From: a virus
Taxonomy: Duplodnaviria; Caudoviricetes
Virus record (IMG/VR): IMGVR_UViG_3300025305_000082
Span: 1 to 31,348 of that record
Strand: one strand, 5' to 3'
Length of the DNA: 31,348 nt
Under the pieces are notes generated by a model, which searched no databases, was not told the origin of the DNA, and was given only the letters and a program-made list of their open reading frames with translations. Position numbers and translations under genes: made by a program. Shown here one piece after another: positions 24,104 through 31,348 of this stretch; positions within the stretch are counted from its first letter, which is position 1, and each line of letters starts with the position of its first letter.

Positions 24104-24656
24104 ACTTGTAGAACAAATGGAGAAAGATCAAACGGAAGTTATCGATAAAACTTCTAATATTAAGTCTTTAGCCGAAGAAGTAAAAAAATTGAGAGCAATG
24201 GAAGATCAAGTTAAACTTCAGGAAGAAGCTCTCAAAATAAGTAAAAGAGAACTTGAAATCGTCTCAGCAGAAGTCATTCCAACTATGTTAAGTGAAATGG
24301 GATTATCATCACTTAAATTAGCGGATGGATCTTCTGTAGATGTTAAACCGTTTTATAGTGCTACGATCACTGTTCCAAACAGAGAGAAAGCATTTAACTG
24401 GCTTCGTATCAACGGCCTAGGGGATATCATAAAGAACGAAATCTCCGTTTCCTTTGGGCGTAACGAAGATAACAAGGCAGCAGAATATGCTGAACTTGCG
24501 AAGGGTCAAGGGTTTCAACCAACACAAAAGTTGAAGGTTGAGCCTATGACCCTGAAGGCTCTCGTCCGTGAGCGTGTTGAGGCAGGAAAAGAAATGCCAA
24601 CGGATATTTTTAACGTGTTCGTAGGAAACCGAACCAAAATAACAAGGAAACAATAA
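24096..24656 (+). CDS. Phage replication-module protein of unknown function (186 aa)
   Basis: RBS AGGAGG; N-terminal coiled coil; IP....EMG...LKL.DG, WLR.NG.GDIIKN and V.P.TLKA.V.E blocks. Confidence 0.8.
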   Translation: MNKLVEQMEKDQTEVIDKTSNIKSLAEEVKKLRAMEDQVKLQEEALKISKRELEIVSAEVIPTMLSEMGLSSLKLADGSSVDVKPFYSATITVPNREKAFNWLRINGLGDIIKNEISVSFGRNEDNKAAEYAELAKGQGFQPTQKLKVEPMTLKALVRERVEAGKEMPTDIFNVFVGNRTKITRKQ

Positions 24657-24658
24657 CC

Positions 24659-25423
24659 ATGAACCAAGAAGCAAACATCGTGAAACGCGATAAAGCAGGT
24701 GCATTAGCTACAAATATTTTTGAAGCCGATGCAAATGCGGGCTCTCAGAACATTACGCAAGAAGATCTAGCGTTACCTTTTCTGAAAGTTTTGGGACAAT
24801 TATCTCCCGAAGTAAATAAGAAGGACAGCAAATATACTGCTGGTGCAGAACCAGGCAAAATATATAATACTGTCACAACCGAACTCTATACTGAGATCAA
24901 TGTATTACCCGTCTTTTATAAAAGACAATATGTTGAATGGCAGGATAGAGGAACAAGCATGGGTGCTCCTGTAGCAATTCATGAAGTTAACAGTGGAATC
25001 ATTAAAGATGCCACTCGAGACAAAATGAATAAGGATAGATTACCTAACGGAAACTATCTTGAAAATACAGCAAACCATTTTGTGGTTTTACTCTCGGGTT
25101 CAACCCCTTCTACAGCATTGATTTCTATGAAGGCTACTCAATTAAAGATTAGCAAAAAATGGAATACAATGATGATGAGTACCAAAATGAAGGGCAAGAA
25201 TGGTTTATTTACACCTCCAACATACAGTCATATTTATAGACTTAAAACTGTTCAACAGTCTAACGACAAAGGAACATGGTATGGTTGGGATGTATCTAAA
25301 TTAGATACCATCAAAGACAAAGGTGCTTACGACGTTGCAAAGAACTTTGCTGAAAGATTGAGCAAAGGGCAAGTGCAAATTAAACATTCGCCTTCGGAAA
25401 CTAATACAGACGTTCCGTATTAA
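24659..25423 (+). CDS. Putative single-stranded DNA-binding protein
   Basis: Located before the primase; beta-rich with aromatic residues (YVEW, GTWYGW); SSB-like C-terminal tail ETNTDVPY. Confidence 0.55.
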   Translation: MNQEANIVKRDKAGALATNIFEADANAGSQNITQEDLALPFLKVLGQLSPEVNKKDSKYTAGAEPGKIYNTVTTELYTEINVLPVFYKRQYVEWQDRGTSMGAPVAIHEVNSGIIKDATRDKMNKDRLPNGNYLENTANHFVVLLSGSTPSTALISMKATQLKISKKWNTMMMSTKMKGKNGLFTPPTYSHIYRLKTVQQSNDKGTWYGWDVSKLDTIKDKGAYDVAKNFAERLSKGQVQIKHSPSETNTDVPY

Positions 25424-25488
25424 AGAATTCACCTAAAGTGAATATCTTGCAAGGAGGAGGCGACAACCGAGAGGGAGTCGCCTCTCTT
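25423..25488 (+). other. Tandem intergenic stem-loops (terminator, processing site or origin candidate)
   Basis: AAGAATTCAC-CTAAA-GTGAATATCTT (25423-25448) and GAGGCGAC-AA-CC-GAGA-GG-GA-GTCGCCTC (25457-25484). Confidence 0.6.
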
Positions 25489-25501
25489 AAATAGGTAATA
25501 G

Positions 25502-27016
25502 ATGGTAGATAAATTTATAAATATATTCGAAGGATTAAAAAGAGCACACGGCTGCACTTATATTAATTCAGTTCCCAAAAATGGAGCAAAACTAAAAACA
25601 AAATCTTTTGTTAAAAGAGAAATTGTCACCCGCCAACATTTTGAAAATCATTTAAATGGTATAGAACCCACTCTAGGCATTATCCCTATTAATGAAGAAG
25701 ATAATTGTAAATGGGGATGCATAGATGTTGATAGTTATGCTGGGTTTGACCATAAAAAATTACTTAGTAAAATTCACACCCTTGAACTTCCTTTAGTCGT
25801 ATGCCGTTCCAAAAGTGGGGGAGCCCATATTTTTTTATTTATCAAAGACTATATTGATGCCAAAACAGTCAGAGACAAACTTAATCAAATCCGTGCTATT
25901 TTAGGATTTGGAAATGCGGAAGTCTTTCCTAAACAAATTGAATTAAAATCAGAAGAAGACACTGGAAACTTTTTAAATTTACCTTATTTTCAAGGAAACA
26001 AAACAACTCGTTACGCATTTAAAATTGACGGCACCGCAGCTAATCTCGAAGAGTTTTATGGTTTATATGAATGTTACAGTGTCAAACCTGAGGATGTTGT
26101 AGACATACAAATTAAAAGAGCCGAATCAGAATTTAAGGATGGACCACCGTGTATTGAAACCTTATCTTTGGAAGGAATATCCGAACCAGGTCGAAATAAT
26201 GCTCTGTTTCATTTCGCTATTTACGCAAAAAAGAAATGGCCAAATAATTGGAAAGAAAAAATTTCATGGTTTCATGCTAAATATATTATTGGCGACTTGG
26301 AACAAAAAGAAATAGATATCATTAAACACCAACATGAAAAACAGGATTGGGGCTGGAAATGTAATGACATTCCAATGTGCAATCATTGTGATAAAGAATT
26401 ATGTAAAACAAGAACTTATGGAATCGGAGGTCAAGCTATGTTTCCCGATTTAAACGATCTTCAAGAAATTCAGTTGGAAGAACCTTATTATTATTTAAAC
26501 GTGGATGGTAAACGTCTTAAACTTCCAAGTGCTAAATATTTAAAACAACAGTCCTTATTTGAAGAAGCCTGCATAGCAGGAATTGGATTATACCCGCCAA
26601 GCATGAAACTCAAAGACTGGAAAATCCTTGTGAATCAATTACTTAAGACACGCGAAATTATTACTCCTCCAACAGGAACTACTAAAAAAGATCAACTGAC
26701 AAATCACCTTGAAGAATTTTGTACTAATCGTGGATCTTCGACCGTAGAAAAAGAAGATATTAAAAAAGGAAGTGTCTACACGAACGAGGGAAAACATTAT
26801 TTCTTATTTGATTCTTTTTACTACGGCTTCCTTCAACGAAGACGATGGGACGTTAAGTTTCAAGAAACAAGCCAAATGCTCAAGGAAGAATGTGGTTGCA
26901 CTACGGATCGAATAACAATAGGAAAAAATAGACCAACGGTCACCATCGTAAACTCATTCGAAAAACCACCCGAAGACTATAAAGCTAAGGAACTTAAACC
27001 AAAGGATTCTTTTTAA
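25502..27016 (+). CDS. Archaeo-eukaryotic-type (AEP) primase with PriCT-like region
   Basis: Motif I CIDVD, motif II SKSGGAH, GN..NLPY, PPC...GRNNALF, Cys cluster C....MC..C....C. Confidence 0.8.
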   Translation: MVDKFINIFEGLKRAHGCTYINSVPKNGAKLKTKSFVKREIVTRQHFENHLNGIEPTLGIIPINEEDNCKWGCIDVDSYAGFDHKKLLSKIHTLELPLVVCRSKSGGAHIFLFIKDYIDAKTVRDKLNQIRAILGFGNAEVFPKQIELKSEEDTGNFLNLPYFQGNKTTRYAFKIDGTAANLEEFYGLYECYSVKPEDVVDIQIKRAESEFKDGPPCIETLSLEGISEPGRNNALFHFAIYAKKKWPNNWKEKISWFHAKYIIGDLEQKEIDIIKHQHEKQDWGWKCNDIPMCNHCDKELCKTRTYGIGGQAMFPDLNDLQEIQLEEPYYYLNVDGKRLKLPSAKYLKQQSLFEEACIAGIGLYPPSMKLKDWKILVNQLLKTREIITPPTGTTKKDQLTNHLEEFCTNRGSSTVEKEDIKKGSVYTNEGKHYFLFDSFYYGFLQRRRWDVKFQETSQMLKEECGCTTDRITIGKNRPTVTIVNSFEKPPEDYKAKELKPKDSF

Positions 27017-27216
27017 TGTTTAAAAGATGTTTTATAGAAAGTTTTATAGATGTAGGAAGTGGGTTTATTTTAGCTATTTTAATACAACTTTATATCTTTC
27101 CTTTCTTTGGACTTTATCCAACTATATGGGACAGCATAGGGATTGCTTTAATTTTTACCGTTGTTTCTATTATAAGATCAGCTATTTGGCGAAATTTTTT
27201 TAGGAAAATAAAATGA
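27016..27216 (+). CDS. Small two-TM membrane protein (66 aa)
   Basis: Two hydrophobic helices and a basic C-terminus; TAATG and ATGA coupling. Confidence 0.7.
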   Translation: MFKRCFIESFIDVGSGFILAILIQLYIFPFFGLYPTIWDSIGIALIFTVVSIIRSAIWRNFFRKIK

Positions 27217-28703
27217 AAACCATTGTACTCGGACCTCCAGGCACAGGAAAAACAACCACACTTCTCAATCTAGTGGATAAATATCTTAAAAAAACAGATC
27301 CCAATCGAATAGGCTATTTTGCTTTCACTCAAAAAGCGGCTAACGAAGCCACAGATAGAGCGATGGAAAAATTTAATTTAACGGAAGATGATCTCCCCTA
27401 CTTTAGAACTTTACACTCTCTAGCTTTCCGAAGACTCGGTATTCAAAAACAAAATGTAATGCAAAAAAGACACTACGCTGATTTAGGAAACAAACTGGGT
27501 TTTCCAGTGGACTATGAAGAAAATGATCAGGAAATGAATGGAATTTTTTCAACCAAGAGTGACTACTTAAGAATTATTCAATTGGCTAAACTTAGAAACA
27601 TCTCTTTTGAAAAACAATATGATTTAAAAGAACACACCCAGGATGTTGAATTTAACAAACTTAAGATTATTGCCAATGAATTAGAGAGATATAAAAAAGA
27701 ATATAACCTGGTTGACTTCAACGATATGATTCTAAACTTCATTCAATCGAACGCTTCCCCTCATTTTGATGTTGTTTTTATCGATGAAGCCCAAGATCTA
27801 TCCTTAATGCAGTGGGATATGGTTAAGACGATATGGAACAAAACCGAAGATAATTATATAGCAGGTGATGATGATCAGGCTATTTTTAAATGGGCGGGTG
27901 CTGACATAGATAGTTTTATCACGCTCCAAGGAAAATTTATTAATTTAACTCAGTCTTACAGAATCCCAGCCAAAATTCATGAAATTGCTATGAAAATTAT
28001 TGGTAAAGTTCATAATCGTATTCCTAAATTATGGAAACCTAAGATGAAACAAGGAAAAGTTTCTATATATTCTAACTTTAGAGATATTGATATGGCTCAA
28101 GGGGAGTGGCTCGTACTCACTAGAACACGGTCTTTATTAGACGAACTAGAAGAAGTACTTTATCAAAAAGGATATTTCTACAAAAATAAATTTAAAAAAG
28201 CATATGAATCGGATCTCTATGAATCAATTACTCAATGGGAAAAATGGCGAAAAGGTGGCATCCTAGATTATCAAACTGTTTCTCAAATCTTTACTTATAT
28301 GAGTCCACGCCATTTAGAAAAAGAAAAATTAGCGATTATGAATAAGGATAATTTTTATTCTTTAAAAGAATGCCAAGAAAAATATGGCCTGCATACAAAT
28401 AAAGTTTGGTACGAAGCTTTAGATGAAGCACCTTTTAGACGCGTTTCTTATATTAGAAAGATGAGACAGAATGGAGAGAAATTGAATCAAGCTCCACGAA
28501 TTATCCTATCCACCATCCATGGAGCCAAAGGAGGCGAATGCCAAAACGTTGTTCTTCTCACTGATTTAACAAGACGAACTTACGGGGAGTATGAAAAAAG
28601 ACCCGATGATGTTAATCGATTATTCTATGTAGGGGCAACACGAACCAAGGAACATCTTCATATTGTAGAACCTAAGGATGTATATAAAAGTTACCAACTA
28701 TGA
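27213..28703 (+). CDS. UvrD/Rep-like SF1 DNA helicase
   Basis: GPPGTGKTT, AFT..AA, TLHS, DEAQD, GDDDQAIF, QSYR, STIHGAKGGE, YVGATR. Confidence 0.93.
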   Translation: MKTIVLGPPGTGKTTTLLNLVDKYLKKTDPNRIGYFAFTQKAANEATDRAMEKFNLTEDDLPYFRTLHSLAFRRLGIQKQNVMQKRHYADLGNKLGFPVDYEENDQEMNGIFSTKSDYLRIIQLAKLRNISFEKQYDLKEHTQDVEFNKLKIIANELERYKKEYNLVDFNDMILNFIQSNASPHFDVVFIDEAQDLSLMQWDMVKTIWNKTEDNYIAGDDDQAIFKWAGADIDSFITLQGKFINLTQSYRIPAKIHEIAMKIIGKVHNRIPKLWKPKMKQGKVSIYSNFRDIDMAQGEWLVLTRTRSLLDELEEVLYQKGYFYKNKFKKAYESDLYESITQWEKWRKGGILDYQTVSQIFTYMSPRHLEKEKLAIMNKDNFYSLKECQEKYGLHTNKVWYEALDEAPFRRVSYIRKMRQNGEKLNQAPRIILSTIHGAKGGECQNVVLLTDLTRRTYGEYEKRPDDVNRLFYVGATRTKEHLHIVEPKDVYKSYQL

Positions 28704-28957
28704 GCGTGTATAAAAAACAAATTGGCGGAACTCATTATAAGGATATGAAAATCCAACCGAGTGAATTTATCAATGAGAACAAATTGCTCTTTGCAGAAGG
28801 AAATGCTATTAAATATATTTGCAGACATGCATCTAAAGGAGAAGTTAAAGATCTAGAAAAAGCAAAACATTATATTGATATGATTATTGACAGAGATTAC
28901 GGTGATAAACCCAACGTTAAACCCTTACCTCCAGGATATACCTTAACAACCAAATGA
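28700..28957 (+). CDS. DUF3310 family protein (T7 gp1.7-like putative nucleotide kinase)
   Basis: QIGG.HY....IQP, GN.IKY..R...K....DLEKA.HY. Confidence 0.85.
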   Translation: MSVYKKQIGGTHYKDMKIQPSEFINENKLLFAEGNAIKYICRHASKGEVKDLEKAKHYIDMIIDRDYGDKPNVKPLPPGYTLTTK

Positions 28958-30813
28958 GTATTCAACCACCCCTCTTTGCACCACAAACCGAATGGATTCC
29001 TCCAGAAACCTTTCCAAATTTATCCAAGTACGATGAAATTGCTATTGATCTAGAAACTAAAGACGTCAACCTTATAAAGATGGGATCAGGATCCGTAAGA
29101 GGAGACGGTGTCATTACAGGCATTGCAGTCGCTGTTAAAGACTGGTCAGGTTATTATCCGATTGCTCATGCCGGCGGAGGCAATATGGACAGAAAAAAAG
29201 TCCTGGAATGGTTTAGGGCTGTTCTAAAAACGGACGCCGTTAAAATTTTCCACAATGCCATGTATGATATCTGCTGGATTAAAACTCTGGGTAATATTGC
29301 CATTGGGGGAGATGTCGTTGATACGATGATTGCCTCAGCCTTAGTTGATGAAAATCAATTACGTTATGATCTTAATCATTGTGCCCGTCGCTATACAGGA
29401 CAAGGCAAAGATGAAGGAGCTCTTTATAATGCAGCAAAAGAATGGGGCGTAGATCCAAAACAAGAAATGTATAAACTGCCAGCCATGTACGTTGGAGCTT
29501 ATGCTCAGCGTGATGCAGAATTAACATTGGCTCTTTGGCAAGAATTAAAAAAAGAAATTGAGCATCAAGATATTGAATCTATTTTCAAAATGGAGACGGA
29601 ACTTTTTCCTTGTCTGGTTGAAATGCGGTTTCTCGGGGTACGTGTAAATCAAGAACAGGCAGCGATCGAAAAGGAAACATTACTGGAACAAGAGAAACAA
29701 TTACTTCATGAAGTGAAACAAAGCACGAACGTTGACGTTCAGATTTGGGCAGCTCGTTCTATTGCTAAAGTCTTTGATCAACTTAAACTTCCCTACGATC
29801 GAACCGTTAAAACTAAATCACCTAGTTTTACTAAGAATTTTTTATTCAACCATCCTGATCCTATTGTTAAAAAAATTGCCAAAGCCAGAGAAATTAATAA
29901 AGCCCATACCACTTTTATTGATACGATTCTTAAACACACGCACAACGGACGTATCTATGCGGAGATTAATCAATTACGCGGAGATAATGGTGGTACGGTA
30001 ACAGGACGATTTAGTTATAGTAACCCGAATCTTCAACAAATTCCAGCACGGAACAAAGATCTTGGACCACGGATCAGGTCTTTATTCCTCCCTGAGGAAG
30101 GCCATACATGGGGTTGTTTTGACTATAATCAGCAAGAGCCTAGGTTGGTAGTGCATTATGCTTCGCTTCAAAATCTGCTCGGCGTAGAGGAAGTTTTAAA
30201 TGCTTATAAGGATGGCGACGCAGACTTTCATAGTATTGTCGCTGACATGGCCCATATTCCAAGATTTCAAGCAAAGACCATTAATCTAGGATTATTTTAT
30301 GGAATGGGAAAAAATAAATTGCAGGCAGAACTAGGGGTGAATAAAGAAAAAGCCGAAGAAATTTTTAGCCAATATCATACCAAGGTTCCTTTTGTAAAAC
30401 AACTGATGTACGCCGTTATGCAGCGTGCACAGAATAGTGGAAAAATAAGAACTTTACTTGGTCGATTGTGCCGGTTTCATTTATGGGAACCCAATCAGTT
30501 CGGGATTCATAAAGCATTACCACACGAAGAAGCACTCAGGGAACACGGACCAGGAATTAAAAGAGCATACACCTATAAAGCTTTAAATAAATTAATACAG
30601 GGCTCTGCTGCCGATATGACCAAAAAAGCTATGATCGAATTATATAAGGAAAAAATTATACCCCACATTCAAATTCATGACGAATTAGACATTTCTGTGC
30701 ATAGTATAGAAGAAGCAACTAAAATAAAAAACATTATGCAGAATGCTGTAACCCTTGAAATTCCCAACAAAGTAGACTATGAATCTGGCCCCAATTGGGG
30801 TAGTATCAAATAG
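28954..30813 (+). CDS. polA: Family A DNA polymerase (3'-5' exonuclease + polymerase, Leu762 type)
   Basis: Exo I DLET, Exo II HNAMYD, Exo III YAQRD, TGRFS...PNLQQIP, motif A DYNQQEPR, motif B KTINLGLFYG, motif C HDEL. Confidence 0.96.
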   Translation: MSIQPPLFAPQTEWIPPETFPNLSKYDEIAIDLETKDVNLIKMGSGSVRGDGVITGIAVAVKDWSGYYPIAHAGGGNMDRKKVLEWFRAVLKTDAVKIFHNAMYDICWIKTLGNIAIGGDVVDTMIASALVDENQLRYDLNHCARRYTGQGKDEGALYNAAKEWGVDPKQEMYKLPAMYVGAYAQRDAELTLALWQELKKEIEHQDIESIFKMETELFPCLVEMRFLGVRVNQEQAAIEKETLLEQEKQLLHEVKQSTNVDVQIWAARSIAKVFDQLKLPYDRTVKTKSPSFTKNFLFNHPDPIVKKIAKAREINKAHTTFIDTILKHTHNGRIYAEINQLRGDNGGTVTGRFSYSNPNLQQIPARNKDLGPRIRSLFLPEEGHTWGCFDYNQQEPRLVVHYASLQNLLGVEEVLNAYKDGDADFHSIVADMAHIPRFQAKTINLGLFYGMGKNKLQAELGVNKEKAEEIFSQYHTKVPFVKQLMYAVMQRAQNSGKIRTLLGRLCRFHLWEPNQFGIHKALPHEEALREHGPGIKRAYTYKALNKLIQGSAADMTKKAMIELYKEKIIPHIQIHDELDISVHSIEEATKIKNIMQNAVTLEIPNKVDYESGPNWGSIK

Positions 30814-30822
30814 GAGGAAACT

Positions 30823-30924
30823 ATGGAAAAAGTGAAACAAGTTTGGACATTAGCAAAAGCTAATCCAAAAATATCTATCGCTATAGCGGTAGCGATTGTT
30901 GCCATTTATTTTTTAGCAACTTAG
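30823..30924 (+). CDS. 33-aa single-TM peptide (not in ORF track)
   Basis: MEKVKQVWTLAKANPKISIAIAVAIVAIYFLAT*, with RBS AGGAGGAAACTATG. Confidence 0.75.
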   Translation: MEKVKQVWTLAKANPKISIAIAVAIVAIYFLAT

Positions 30925-30938
30925 GAGTTTTATGATAA

Positions 30939-31348
30939 ATGGCCTATCTAAATGTAAACACACCGGCGATCTATGCACAGATCCGGAGAGAGTATCTCTA
31001 TGATCTTAAAGAACATCGTGGAGAAGTGGAAGACTGTCTCATTTTTGGGCTGGCTTCAATCACGGGTCGTCCGGTTTTGTTCCATGCCATTATGGAAAAC
31101 GGTGCAATCTTTTACCGTTTACCCATCTCTGCATTTATCCAAAAAGGATATAATGTCAAAGAAGTTCCTAGGATGCGACTTGATGAGCTGGAGTTGTGGA
31201 ATTGCTTTAGTTACTATCCTAGCGTTACTTCTTTTGACATCCTTGACGGTCAATCCGGGAAATTCATAGGAAAAGACAAGAAGTGGTATGCTGGCGCGTA
31301 TCTTTTTACAGTTGACTGGGCTCATCCAGAGAGTAATATAGTAGATAC
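30939..31348 (+). CDS. Hypothetical phage protein (3' partial, not in ORF track)
   Basis: MAYLNVNTPAIYAQIRREYLYDLKEHRGEVEDCLIFG...LELWNCFSY...YLFTVDWAHP..., open to the window end; AGGAG upstream. Confidence 0.75.
   Translation, partial: MAYLNVNTPAIYAQIRREYLYDLKEHRGEVEDCLIFGLASITGRPVLFHAIMENGAIFYRLPISAFIQKGYNVKEVPRMRLDELELWNCFSYYPSVTSFDILDGQSGKFIGKDKKWYAGAYLFTVDWAHPESNIVD

Noticed and set aside
30973-31325. Tracked ORFs 30973..31269 (+) and 31119..31325 (-)
   Set aside because: Shadows of the longer frame starting at ATG 30939 that runs off the window end.
1-31348. tRNA/rRNA genes, integrase, introns or inteins in polA and the helicases
   Set aside because: Intergenic gaps are short with no cloverleaf seen; polymerase and UvrD motifs are contiguous at normal spacing; no recombinase ORF was recognised.

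Overview
AT-rich dsDNA bacteriophage segment. Gene content and order suggest a marine podovirus of the SAR11/pelagiphage type, reminiscent of HTVC023P-like phages; this is recalled from family knowledge, not a database search. Order: tail-fibre island (partial fibre, two six-bladed Kelch-like propeller paralogs, a 49-aa propeller-less mini-paralog, two hypotheticals), five tandem 2OG-Fe(II)/cupin oxygenases, a tail nozzle/stabilisation gene lacking a normal start codon, internal virion (ejection) proteins, lysis genes (holin-like, M15 peptidase, small peptide) and Hsp20. A minus-strand SNF2 helicase plus HNH endonuclease follows. An overlapping divergent promoter pair then drives the replication module (SSB-like, AEP primase, UvrD-like helicase, DUF3310, Leu762 PolA). 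Most interesting observations: (1) a recurrent R-x-x-[YF]-x-x-G(G) tag shared by unrelated internal virion proteins, one of which carries an HExxH domain; (2) a modular anchor-plus-propeller fibre system with homogenised blade junctions next to five hydroxylases; (3) a diverged 117-bp duplication of helicase motif VI abutting the HNH gene; (4) a candidate RNA thermometer on hsp20.
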